DNA of 64,000 nucleotides from Nitrosopumilus sp. (lineage in GTDB: Archaea; Thermoproteota; Nitrososphaeria; Nitrososphaerales; Nitrosopumilaceae): NCBI GenBank assembly GCA_965205425.1, contig CBDBGZ010000005.1, positions 1-64,000 of the forward strand, read 5' to 3'. Each line of letters begins with the position of its first letter. The first letter of the stretch is position 1. Below the pieces are notes generated by a model. That model was not told the origin of the DNA. It was given only the letters and a program-made list of their open reading frames with translations, and searched no databases. The position numbers and the translations under genes were made by a program. Positions 1 through 9,272 of the stretch are shown piece by piece.

Positions 1-28
1 AAATGTTTTTAAAGATTTCACATAGATA
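1..28 (+). mobile_element. Right end of a second IS110 copy (rest upstream of window)
   Basis: 1-28 is the exact reverse complement of 1391-1418, the right end of the IS110 at 1391-2739. Confidence 0.8.
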
Positions 29-1392
29 TGTGTTTAGGTCACGCCTAGATTAAACCGAATAATTTAGATCAGAGAAGAATTTTCAAGAAATAATGGACTC
101 TAAACCGTGCAAAAACTGTGATGATTTGGCAAGAAAAAACATCGAATTGGAAATCAAAATCAAGCAGCTAGAATCAAAATTATCTTACTATGATAACCCA
201 AACTCTCCGCCATCATCTGATTCTCTCCATTGGAGGAAACAAAAGAAGAACAGAAAATCAAACCATCACAACAAACCAGGACAAAAGCCTGGACACAAGG
301 GAACAACTACTAATTTCAAACCAACAGAGACCATTCTTCACAAAACAGACCAATGCTCAAGATGTGGCAGCAAGAAGATAGAACAAACCACACAACAAAC
401 CAGAATCATTGCAGAAATTCCAAAACCGCAACCAGTTATCATAACCAAACACGTAATCCACTCATATTTTTGCAACAACTGCGGCAACACAACCACATCT
501 GATTGTGCAATACCCCAGAAAGGAAATTTGGGATTTAATTTGACAGGGATCATACTATCTCTGTGGTCAGCTAGAATTACACTAAGAAACATTGCAAAGA
601 TGCTTCAATCATTTTATTGTATAAAAATATCTGCAGGTACAATCAACAATTGTCTGTGTAACACTTCTGCAGCACTAGAACCTGTCGTAGAGAAAATCAG
701 AGATGACATCTGTACCTCAAAATCTGCGCATTTTGATGAGACAAAATATTCCATTCATGGAAATACGGGATGGGTATGGACTGGAGTGAATCAGAACTCG
801 TGTTTTATCACAGTTGAGAAAAGTCGAGGCAAAAATGTGTTACAGAAACATTTCCCATCATTTGCAGGAGTTGCAGTCTGTGATGGATGGATGCCATACC
901 ATATGTTTGGTATCAGACAGAGGTGCTGGGCCCACATACTGCGTGAGGCAAGACACACATCAGAAAAACTAGGAACAGACAATTCTACCTCATTGTATCA
1001 ATCTTTGAAAGAATTGTTTGTATACATCACATTATACAAAATAGAGAAACCAAATTATTTTCTGTATAATTATGGTGTAGAGTCATTGGAGCAAATCCTG
1101 TTACAATATACTGATGATGAATCATTACAAAAATTTCTAACCAAGATTAATAACGCAAAGAATAACCTGTTCACATTTTTGCTATATCCAGGAGTGGAAC
1201 CAACAAACAATGCAGCTGAGCGTGCATTACGAGAGTCAGTAATTTGTAGAAAGATTCGTGGATGTGTCAGGAATGAGAAGGGTATGAGAATGTTTGGAAA
1301 TTTAATGAGTTGTATTATGACATGGAAGGTTAGGAATTGCAATATTTTAGATGAAATTGTGAAATATGTGTGAGTCTGGACCTAAACACATA
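27..1392 (+). mobile_element. IS66-family element (single tnpC), both TIRs interrupted by IS110
   Basis: TATGTGTTTAGGTC at 27-40 and its reverse complement at 1379-1392; removing the IS110 restores GTATGTGTTTAGGTC. Confidence 0.85.
93..1373 (+). CDS. tnpC: IS66 family transposase
   Basis: NSPPSSD, KPGHKG, zinc ribbon, HFDET, CDG, QRCWAHILR, PTNNAAERALR motifs. Confidence 0.95.
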   Translation: MDSKPCKNCDDLARKNIELEIKIKQLESKLSYYDNPNSPPSSDSLHWRKQKKNRKSNHHNKPGQKPGHKGTTTNFKPTETILHKTDQCSRCGSKKIEQTTQQTRIIAEIPKPQPVIITKHVIHSYFCNNCGNTTTSDCAIPQKGNLGFNLTGIILSLWSARITLRNIAKMLQSFYCIKISAGTINNCLCNTSAALEPVVEKIRDDICTSKSAHFDETKYSIHGNTGWVWTGVNQNSCFITVEKSRGKNVLQKHFPSFAGVAVCDGWMPYHMFGIRQRCWAHILREARHTSEKLGTDNSTSLYQSLKELFVYITLYKIEKPNYFLYNYGVESLEQILLQYTDDESLQKFLTKINNAKNNLFTFLLYPGVEPTNNAAERALRESVICRKIRGCVRNEKGMRMFGNLMSCIMTWKVRNCNILDEIVKYV

Positions 1393-1414
1393 TCTATGTG
1401 AAATCTTTAAAAAC

Positions 1415-1612
1415 ATTTGCACTCTTTTGCAACACATGAGAATGGCTACCGCTAGAGATGATCCCATTCATTTTCAAAAGATGAAACCGGACACATATCT
1501 ATTCGAGGATCTCCCTCAGTACCATTCTTCATCCATTTATCAGAACCATGCCGCAGTTACAAAACGAGGATCTCCCTCAATGTGTTTAACGAGGATTATA
1601 GTTCTGATCATA
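1415..1612 (-). ncRNA. Putative bridge/seek RNA of the IS110 element (boundaries approximate)
   Basis: Two stem-closed loops, each with the same hairpin CGAGGATCTCCCTCA (1504-1518, 1565-1579) flanked by segments matching target and donor. Confidence 0.75.
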
Positions 1613-1620
1613 ATGTTTCA

Positions 1621-2622
1621 TTATGCATTTTTGATGCACTGGTAAAATGTCATGTTGTTTTTTAACATCCAGTAAATTATTCTCAACAGTTTGGATGCTG
1701 CTGCCACTGCAGCTTTTGATGTCCCCCTCTTTTTTGCAAGACGTTTGTAAAAATTTGTAATGGTGCTGTTTTTTGCATATCTTACATGAGAATGTACTGC
1801 CTCCACCAGAACCCAGCGTAACATGCTACTTCCTCTTCTTGTTATGGACCCATGGCGTATGGTGTCAGCTGAGTTTCTCACCGATGGTACAATTCCTGCA
1901 TATGAACACAGTTTGTGAGAATCTGAAAATCTTTCGATATTGTCAATTTCAGAGGATATGGTTAATGCAGTAAATCTTCCAACACCAGGTATTGATTCTA
2001 AGAGTTGTGCGTTAGAATCATGTTTTAGAGCATCCTTGATTCTCATGTCTGACTCTGCGATTCTATCATTGATTGATATTATCATCTTGAGATATCCATC
2101 TATTCGATAGTCATCTAATCCCAACAGTTTGTGCACATATGAATCAGAAAATGCAGTTCCTGGTATCTTGATTGCATTTTGTAAGGTTATACTGTGAATC
2201 AAATTTTTCATCCTTGTCCTGTTGCGGACTAGTTTGGTTCTATATCTCACCAGTTGTCTTGTTTGCACGGTATCTTTTTCTGGTACATGACAAGATGAGA
2301 TGTATCCTCCTCTTAGCAAATCTGCCAAGATGTGAGCATCAATCTTGTCAGTTTTTTTCTTTGATGCTGCAATTGCTTTTGTGTGATATGGGTTTGATAG
2401 TATTACATCAAATCCTAGTTCGTCTCGCAGAAACCTAAACACGCCATACCAGACAGATGATGATTCCATTACACATTTTGAGTTTTTTGGGATTGCAGAA
2501 AATGCTTTTTTGATATCCCCTCTGGTGTTTGTAATTTTTTCATTGAATAATGTATGTCCTTTATCATCCATTGTTTCGACCTGTAAGAATTCTTTGTGCA
2601 AATCAATTCCGACATAGGTCAT
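1621..2622 (-). CDS. IS110 DEDD recombinase (likely start ATG 2622; ORF open to 2730)
   Basis: YVGIDLHK, MES, KTDKIDA, SIPGVG, YAGIVPSVRNSA motifs. Confidence 0.95.
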   Translation of the reverse strand: MTYVGIDLHKEFLQVETMDDKGHTLFNEKITNTRGDIKKAFSAIPKNSKCVMESSSVWYGVFRFLRDELGFDVILSNPYHTKAIAASKKKTDKIDAHILADLLRGGYISSCHVPEKDTVQTRQLVRYRTKLVRNRTRMKNLIHSITLQNAIKIPGTAFSDSYVHKLLGLDDYRIDGYLKMIISINDRIAESDMRIKDALKHDSNAQLLESIPGVGRFTALTISSEIDNIERFSDSHKLCSYAGIVPSVRNSADTIRHGSITRRGSSMLRWVLVEAVHSHVRYAKNSTITNFYKRLAKKRGTSKAAVAAASKLLRIIYWMLKNNMTFYQCIKNA

Positions 2623-2740
2623 GGGTTTTGTCTTTCTAGTCCTAATGATTTTCTTTGGTTTTTTCTTGGAGGTGTATCTTTTAGAAACTATAGAATCAGC
2701 AGTACCATCTAAATTTCGTTGTTTATTCACATATGGTTAC

Positions 2741-3047
2741 AACTTGCTTTTGCAAGAAACTTTGCAACAGATTTTGTGTCAATAGAACCATCATCGGCAT
2801 AGCATTTGCATTGTATGGCACATAATTTACCATCGTGCTGTTCTGCTACAAGGTCAATTCCGGTGTCTATTCCATCTCTTTTTGGCCACTCATTCCACAT
2901 GTACGCTTTTTTGAATTGTCGGGTATACATGGGATCTATTTTGAAAAAATCCTTTGTTATCTTTTCAAACTTTGTTCCTAGTTCCCTAGTACTTGCAGAT
3001 TCTTTTCTTATTTTTTTGAGAACATCATCAAATGTGGTTTGAATCAT
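2741..3047 (-). pseudogene. N-terminal Mrr-like nuclease domain of a restriction/helicase (type ISP-like) gene, cut by IS66
   Basis: GTKFEK...DTGIDLVA...AIQCKCY motif; reading frame runs into IS sequence at 2740. Confidence 0.8.
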
Positions 3048-3171
3048 TTAGAATACACCTGTGTTATCCATTATTTTATGTTTATTTAACAGTGTGAATA
3101 ATCCTCCGTGCTGTGTTATTTTTGGAAACCTCAGGTACCTGACGAATTATCTTTTTAACATGTCTCCCTAG

Positions 3172-3501
3172 TTAAACACCAATGGACTCATCTTTGCTTA
3201 GTTCTAAAAATACCTTATCTCCAATTGCGATACCCATGTCTTTGTATTCATGCATTTCAAGTTTTAATCGAGTAACACCACTTTGTATTCCCATGCCACC
3301 TCCCATTCCAGACATCATCTTGTTCAAATCTTTCATCATGTCATTCATGTTTGAGAATCCCATGACTTCTGATTTTTCAAAAGGTGATTGCAAGTTTTTA
3401 GAACCGTCTTTAAGATCCCTGAGAGAGGATAGTGAGACTATTACGTATGGTGCCCCATCAGGTGCTGAATCAATGCTTTTTACTACAAATTCTTTCTTCA
3501 T
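3172..3501 (-). CDS. Hypothetical protein
   Basis: Clean 109-aa ORF with ATG start and AT-rich upstream region. Confidence 0.7.
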   Translation of the reverse strand: MKKEFVVKSIDSAPDGAPYVIVSLSSLRDLKDGSKNLQSPFEKSEVMGFSNMNDMMKDLNKMMSGMGGGMGIQSGVTRLKLEMHEYKDMGIAIGDKVFLELSKDESIGV

Positions 3502-3827
3502 CTATGTAATGACTAATTTTTGTCATATAATTTTATTTATTTCAGAGGCTTTTATCTCATCCCAGAACCTCTTACTGTGTCAGAATTGTAAGAGATCGTA
3601 AGATTAACTAAAATTATTTTTTAGAGAGTAATTCATCAATCTTAGATTCTAAATTATCTAATTTTGTGCAATTTTGTAAAACATTGTCTTTTAGTATCAT
3701 CCCTACATCTGACTTTATTACAGAAACATCGTTCTTCATCTCCTTTATTGTAATATTATTATTCTGTATTTCCACATTCAAAGAATTAAACTTTGTAATC
3801 AGATTGTCAAATCCAGATTGTATCATT

Positions 3828-4715
3828 TTATCGGCCTTGTAGAAACCATAATAAAATAACAAAATCTAATTTTCTAATCCTGTAAGCATTGTATGCAATT
3901 AACCTGTACAACATCTCATTGTCCTGAGTTGTAACATTTCTTGATGTGACATCTCCTGACATTATCTGTTTGATCACAAAAAAGATTGTTTCAGATTTGT
4001 TTCTCTGATGGTACAATTGTACAGGAAAGTTCCTCTTCATCTCCTTTCTGTGAATTCCACTGGTTCTGTAAATTGGAACTGTTCTATATCGAGTTGGAAT
4101 CATTGCAGCTGTGTTGATCTGTTCTGCACCAACATGGTTATTCTCATCATCAAAACCCATGTCACCTAACACAATATCAACTGGAACAATATTGTTGGTT
4201 TTGTACAACAATGGCAGAAAATCAGGATTATCATGTTGCATGTTGTGGTGTGTCATGACACAGCAAACAAGCTGTGTATTCATGTCAGCACAAACAACAA
4301 CTTTTAGGAAATTCCTGCGTAACTGTACTCTTTTTGTATAATAGTATGATGCTGTACTGTAACTGAATCCGCTACCATCAATTCCAGCTAGAACCAGTCT
4401 GACTTTTTTGTACAAAATGAATTCCTGCAACATTTTATGTAACAGATTTCCTTCCAGTCTTGCAGCTGCCTTTTGTAGTGTGGTGTAATGTGGAATGGTA
4501 GACAAACCAAGATATTCCTGAATTCCTACACATTCTTCTAAAAATTCTGTAAATCTTCTATAACTCTTTGATTCGTACTGTCGTATTGCCAAGAGTATGA
4601 GATGTGTCCAAACAGAATAGATATGATTTGATTTTGGATGTAAGAACCTGGGAATTCTGCATCTGGTGATTATATTGAGTAGTGTTTTGCACATTTTGAC
4701 GTATGATGAGACCAT
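3828..4715 (-). CDS. IS5-family DDE transposase
   Basis: IPHYTTL, IDGSGF, GDMGFD, YHQRNKSETIF. Confidence 0.9.
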   Translation of the reverse strand: MVSSYVKMCKTLLNIITRCRIPRFLHPKSNHIYSVWTHLILLAIRQYESKSYRRFTEFLEECVGIQEYLGLSTIPHYTTLQKAAARLEGNLLHKMLQEFILYKKVRLVLAGIDGSGFSYSTASYYYTKRVQLRRNFLKVVVCADMNTQLVCCVMTHHNMQHDNPDFLPLLYKTNNIVPVDIVLGDMGFDDENNHVGAEQINTAAMIPTRYRTVPIYRTSGIHRKEMKRNFPVQLYHQRNKSETIFFVIKQIMSGDVTSRNVTTQDNEMLYRLIAYNAYRIRKLDFVILLWFLQGR

Positions 4716-4803
4716 ACTGTAATCTGCAAATACAATCCTAATGGATCTAAATTAGCTAAAATGTATCACAATTGGGTTAAAATCAGATGGTTTCTACAAG
4801 GCC
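3833..4803 (-). mobile_element. IS5-family element type 1, copy 1 (971 bp)
   Basis: 17-bp perfect TIR GGCCTTGTAGAAACCAT; 9-bp TSD CATTTTATC. Confidence 0.95.
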
Positions 4804-5057
4804 CATTTTATCATCCATGTTAAGCATGTTCTAGTATATTATTTATTATTTACTCGAATGGGGAACTGGTAAGTTTACGGTAGATAATTCTTTACACTGT
4901 TCAATCTCAGGAGCTTTTCAACTGCCTGTTAAATTAGAGACTTTTACTGTTAAGTTAGGTGCTTTTCATATTGAAAAAAATAACTGAAATTTTTAATTAT
5001 TATTTTTGTAAATTTTCAATAAAAAATGGGTTTTAAGCACTTTGGGGGAATAATATT

Positions 5058-5231
5058 GTGGTATTTTTACAAAAAAGAGATTACAAGAAAAATGGAGTAG
5101 AATATGCACAATATAGAATTAACATCTCTCAGAAAATAGTCTAGAGCCTAAACTGGAATGGAAATGATTTACTGGAATTAACAACCAAAGACGGAATGAT
5201 CATTGTAAAAAATCAGAAGAAGAAAAATTAA
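5058..5231 (+). pseudogene. AbrB/MazE-like small DNA-binding protein with internal TAG
   Basis: Manual translation QYRINISQKIV*SLNWNGNDLLELTTKDGMIIVK; stop at 5142-5144. Confidence 0.55.
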
Positions 5232-5246
5232 GGGATTGTTGGAAAA

Positions 5247-5459
5247 TTAACCAATAATTCTTTCGACAAATTGGTCCAAATCTTCTACTGAACTGTTTGT
5301 CTTGTATGTGGCAAGACGAATCCGCTCATCTGATAAAGTCTTTGGGTATTTTTCATTTTCAATCAATCTATCTGAATAATTGATGTCATTGTTTTTTATT
5401 TCTGGCCACATTGGATTTTCCTGCAGAGTGATTTGGCCATTAATGCGTATGTTTCTAAG
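5247..5459 (-). pseudogene. 3' fragment of an unknown gene truncated by IS630
   Basis: Open frame up to the IS630 end at 5460. Confidence 0.5.
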
Positions 5460-5461
5460 TA

Positions 5462-6544
5462 TAGCGAAAAGATAAAGTTCGTGAACTAAATAATTCCAAA
5501 ACAAAAAACTTTTTGATCACTATGTATGGTAAAATTTGATGAACAAGTTAGAATCACTTGAAAGCAGCATACAAAAAAGAAAACTCCAAGGTTGCAGTAA
5601 GGATGCTTGCAGTGTTGATGATTCTAAAGGATGGAAAGGACATACAGTGCACTGCAAAGACATTACACCACTGCACAAGCTGGGTGAGAAAATGGACGAG
5701 TCGTTTTGAGATAGATGGCCTCTACGACCACCCAAGAAGTGGCAGGCCAAGAACAATCTCCCAGACTCGAATGGATGCTATCATGTCAAAAGCAATGCTA
5801 ACTTTGTTTACCCCCATAATGTTGCAACAAAGTATCTTTTATTCCACTGGAGTAAAATTTCACATAACCCACATCAGAAAGATAATGCACCAATACGGCA
5901 TGTCTGCAAAAACTGCACAAAAATATCACATCAACCATGCAAGTATATCTGCTGTGAGAAGCTGGCAGCAACGCACCAAAAAGAGAATTTCACGCCTAAA
6001 AAAGAAAGGATTTGTAATTGCAATGGCTGATGAAGCATTCTTTGTAAGGGATACAAAAACAGGAAAAAAGTACTGGTCACCAGTTGCCAAGAGAATATTT
6101 CTTCCATATACAGGACGACATGAGAGTCTGGCAGTGTATGGTACAATTACAGAAAATGGCAATCAACTATTCAGAGTTTATGACAAATTCAATGCTGTAA
6201 CATTTGTAGAGTACCTAAAGGAATTGCATCAGAAATATGGCAAAATTGCAATCATTTTAGATAGAGCATCAGTTCACAAATCAAAGAAGGTAAAGGAATA
6301 CCTTGCAAACAATAGAGATGTCAAACTAATCTGGTTGCCAAAGGGATCACCATACTTGAACATGATAGAGCAGTGCTGGAAGATAAGCAAATATGCGTTG
6401 TTGGTTTCAGAGTATTATGCAATGTTTACAATAATGAACAAGGCAGTGTCAAAATATTTCAGAGTGACAAAATTCAAGCTTGATGTTGCAAATTATATCT
6501 TTAGAAATCCTGCAAAGATGTTTGCGAACTTTTGATCGTCGCTA
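5462..6544 (+). mobile_element. IS630-family element type A
   Basis: Imperfect TIRs TAGCGAAAAGATAAAGTTCG / CGAACTTTTGATCGTCGCTA; TA on both sides. Confidence 0.9.
5558..6535 (+). CDS. IS630 transposase; possibly frameshifted at the N-terminus
   Basis: RSGRP, ADEA, LDRASVH, LPKGSPYLNMIE; one extra A relative to the 15.2 kb copy puts ATG 5539 out of frame. Confidence 0.85.
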   Translation: MKAAYKKENSKVAVRMLAVLMILKDGKDIQCTAKTLHHCTSWVRKWTSRFEIDGLYDHPRSGRPRTISQTRMDAIMSKAMLTLFTPIMLQQSIFYSTGVKFHITHIRKIMHQYGMSAKTAQKYHINHASISAVRSWQQRTKKRISRLKKKGFVIAMADEAFFVRDTKTGKKYWSPVAKRIFLPYTGRHESLAVYGTITENGNQLFRVYDKFNAVTFVEYLKELHQKYGKIAIILDRASVHKSKKVKEYLANNRDVKLIWLPKGSPYLNMIEQCWKISKYALLVSEYYAMFTIMNKAVSKYFRVTKFKLDVANYIFRNPAKMFANF

Positions 6545-6546
6545 TA

Positions 6547-6984
6547 TCTTGCAGAGAATAACATTACCACGCCAATTAATTACACTCGAGAAAAATTTCA
6601 ATCATTTGGTGCATTGGGGAATAACGGTGTATTTTTTGCAGGTTCTATGATAAATCAAACACAGACTCATTTCTTGATTTCTTAAAATCCTTGCAGAAAC
6701 AATTTGGTAAGAAACTGTTATTATTTGCAGATAATGCATCATACCACAAAAATGTCAGAGTAAAAGAATTTCTCAAGAAATCAAAAAGAAATGTAATCAT
6801 AAGATATTTTCCTGCATACACCCCAGAATTAAACCCAATTGAGGTACAGTGGAGAGAAGAGAAAAATGGTAATGCCAATACATTCTTTGCAAATGGAACT
6901 GAGATGAAAAAACACATGCAGAAGAGACTAGATAATGGTGATGTTAGAGTTGTTAAAATATTCAAATATTTAATGCCTTAACTA
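6547..6984 (+). pseudogene. 3' remnant of IS630 type B
   Basis: DNASYH and PAYTPELNPIE; near-identical to 11285-11710; T6 frameshift at 6632-6637. Confidence 0.9.
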
Positions 6985-7093
6985 TAAGTTGACAATTCCG
7001 CATACGATATCACTTATTCCATCATACCATATTTAATATGAAACTAATTTTATCCCCAAAAACAGTTCAAGCCTTTACAGATTCATCATGTAA

Positions 7094-8449
7094 TTACTTT
7101 AGTTGTTGCATTATTTTTGGATGGCATAACATAGAACTATGTGCTGCAGAATCTGTACCTATTCCATAACTAATTGTTGAATCTCCCACAAAATACAATC
7201 CTTTGATTTTTTTTACTTCATGTGGCATTTTTTGTTTCCACACTAATCCTGGCTCTTTGACTACTGCCTCCACAAGTTTCCATGCCATTGGTCGCTCCCA
7301 TAACAAAGATTTCTCAAAATCTGGATAAATTTCTGAAATATCTTTTTTCATTTGTTGACTGATCTCTTTAATTTTTTCAGGATTTTCTGTGTATTCTGCA
7401 GGTACAGGTGTTCCTGCCATTAGGAGATGTTCACTTTGTGGTGATACTTTGGATGTGATATTTGATATGAAAAAAATTCCTTTAGATGTGTAATTCCCAA
7501 TTGGAAATACCACTTGTCTTGAATCAATTTTTTTAGATGTACAAAAATGGGTTTCAATAACAGAAGTAGTTTTGTTTAACTTTTCAACTTTGATTTTAAA
7601 TTCTTTATCAAATACATCTTCATCAAACAATTCTTTTACCGCAATGTATGCAGGATATGAAACTACAACACTATTAGTTTCAATAAATTTATCATTGTTA
7701 TCTATGATTCCTACCACTCTGTTATTTTTGACAGATATTTTTTTGATTGTAGAATTTAGTCTTAATTCATTTCCATTTTCTTGTACATATTTTGCAAGAA
7801 TTTCTGAAATTTTGTCATATCCTCCCTCATCTGGATATGCAAACTCGCTTGTACCTCCTTTGAATGGATTTGCTCTGATCATCGTTCTCATAAATTCTCC
7901 TAAAGATATTCGTTCAGGTATATCTGCAAATGCTAGCATACATACTGCATCAAAAAATGACTTTGTACTGTGATCTAATTTCTCTGTAATCTCTGTTAAT
8001 TTCATATTGTCATGTTCTTCAGCTTTTTTCATTGATGAAAATGCCATTGGAAATAATATTTGCAATAATTTTATTCTGCTACTGATTGGTATGATTGCTA
8101 GTTTGAGTATGTCAATGATGCCTCTTGGATATTTGAAGAATTTTTTATTTTGAAAAAATACAATATCATCTACTAAAGCTAATTTTAGCCTCGAAACAAT
8201 TCCAATTTTTTTAAAAACTTGATACACAGCAGATGTCTTGTAAAATGGCATGATGTGAAATCCGTTGTCGAGAATGTGATTTCGAAATTTCATACTTGTG
8301 GTTCTGCCTCCTACTTTGGATGATTTTTCAAAAATTTGAACTGAAATGTTCTCATTTGTTAGTAATGCGGCTGTTGATAGACCACTTATTCCTGCACCTA
8401 TGATTATTACTTTTTTCTTTACACTAACATCAGTTGATTGTTGAGACAT
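7094..8449 (-). CDS. FAD-dependent oxidoreductase (amine oxidase/phytoene desaturase-like)
   Basis: IIGAGISGL, VGGR, LDNGFH, GLYFVGD. Confidence 0.85.
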   Translation of the reverse strand: MSQQSTDVSVKKKVIIIGAGISGLSTAALLTNENISVQIFEKSSKVGGRTTSMKFRNHILDNGFHIMPFYKTSAVYQVFKKIGIVSRLKLALVDDIVFFQNKKFFKYPRGIIDILKLAIIPISSRIKLLQILFPMAFSSMKKAEEHDNMKLTEITEKLDHSTKSFFDAVCMLAFADIPERISLGEFMRTMIRANPFKGGTSEFAYPDEGGYDKISEILAKYVQENGNELRLNSTIKKISVKNNRVVGIIDNNDKFIETNSVVVSYPAYIAVKELFDEDVFDKEFKIKVEKLNKTTSVIETHFCTSKKIDSRQVVFPIGNYTSKGIFFISNITSKVSPQSEHLLMAGTPVPAEYTENPEKIKEISQQMKKDISEIYPDFEKSLLWERPMAWKLVEAVVKEPGLVWKQKMPHEVKKIKGLYFVGDSTISYGIGTDSAAHSSMLCHPKIMQQLK

Positions 8450-9131
8450 TTTGTTTTATTCTCCTCTGCTTTCTAATTACCCATAATGCTGACATGATAG
8501 AAATTGATGCTAAAATAAAAAATAAAATTCCGATTGAAGTATAATCATTTACAAATAATTTTGTATCAAGCCATGCCTTTGGTAGTATGGTAAAAAAACC
8601 TCCACCTGAAAAATCTTCAATTGTGCCTATTGCTAAACTATATTTTCCACTTTGATTATTTTCATCCATCACCACTACGAAATATTCTCCATCAAGAACG
8701 ATGTCTGTTCTAACTTCTTGTCTTTCCCAATAAGTTACTTGGCCAAATGGTTCATAAAATTCTCTACTGGGAAATTCTCCCAGATATGAAAATTTTTCAG
8801 TACCCAATTCAGTTTCAAATGGAACAAGATCATTTCCAAAAATCCCTTTTCCTACAAGAACCAATGTTGGAGAATATTCTTCTAATCCATCAAGTTTTGG
8901 CACAACAATACTTGCATAAAATGAATCACCGTGTTTTGCATTAAACGAATAATATTTTGCTTCATTTGTACCCAAATTTTCGTAAATTGCCCATGAAATC
9001 TTGTGATCAGGAATTTTCAATGCAGAATCAAAACTCCTATGTAAATCATCATGACTGATCAATTTGTGTGCATATGCTGGACTCACTGAAATAATACTAA
9101 TCAAAACAAATACAAGCATAATTTTTTTCAT
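8430..9131 (-). CDS. Membrane-anchored exported hypothetical protein
   Basis: Signal peptide ending AYAH and a C-terminal TM helix. Confidence 0.75.
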   Translation of the reverse strand: MKKIMLVFVLISIISVSPAYAHKLISHDDLHRSFDSALKIPDHKISWAIYENLGTNEAKYYSFNAKHGDSFYASIVVPKLDGLEEYSPTLVLVGKGIFGNDLVPFETELGTEKFSYLGEFPSREFYEPFGQVTYWERQEVRTDIVLDGEYFVVVMDENNQSGKYSLAIGTIEDFSGGGFFTILPKAWLDTKLFVNDYTSIGILFFILASISIMSALWVIRKQRRIKQNVSTIN

Positions 9132-9272
9132 ATTGCTTTTTTTTGGAATCAGTATTTTAACAAAAATAATTATTTTTTTCTAGTGCTAACCAATCATTTA
9201 CTTTCGCCTCGAGTTAGCATCATGAAAAATTAGTAGAGATAGTTATAAGAGACGAAAATTTGAATTTGTTAC

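Larger units (their letters stand above)
1391..2739 (-). mobile_element. IS110 family (IS1111-like) element
   Basis: Sub-terminal IRs TATGTGAA (1395-1402) / TTCACATA (2726-2733); TA core at both junctions; long 3' non-coding end. Confidence 0.85.
3614..4827 (-). pseudogene. Small coiled-coil protein gene interrupted near its start by IS5
   Basis: Removing the IS and one TSD gives MLNMDDKMIQSGFDNL... Confidence 0.55.

Noticed and set aside
1504..1596. CGAGGATCTCCCTCA repeats as a mini-CRISPR
   Set aside because: Only two 15-bp copies plus a fragment, no cas genes, and better explained as hairpins of the IS110 RNA
1370..1645. 91-aa ORF
   Set aside because: Crosses the IS66 TIR and the IS110 non-coding end on the antisense strand; no motifs
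5142..5144. TAG as pyrrolysine or recoding
   Set aside because: No pyl genes here, and TAG ends normal genes in this window
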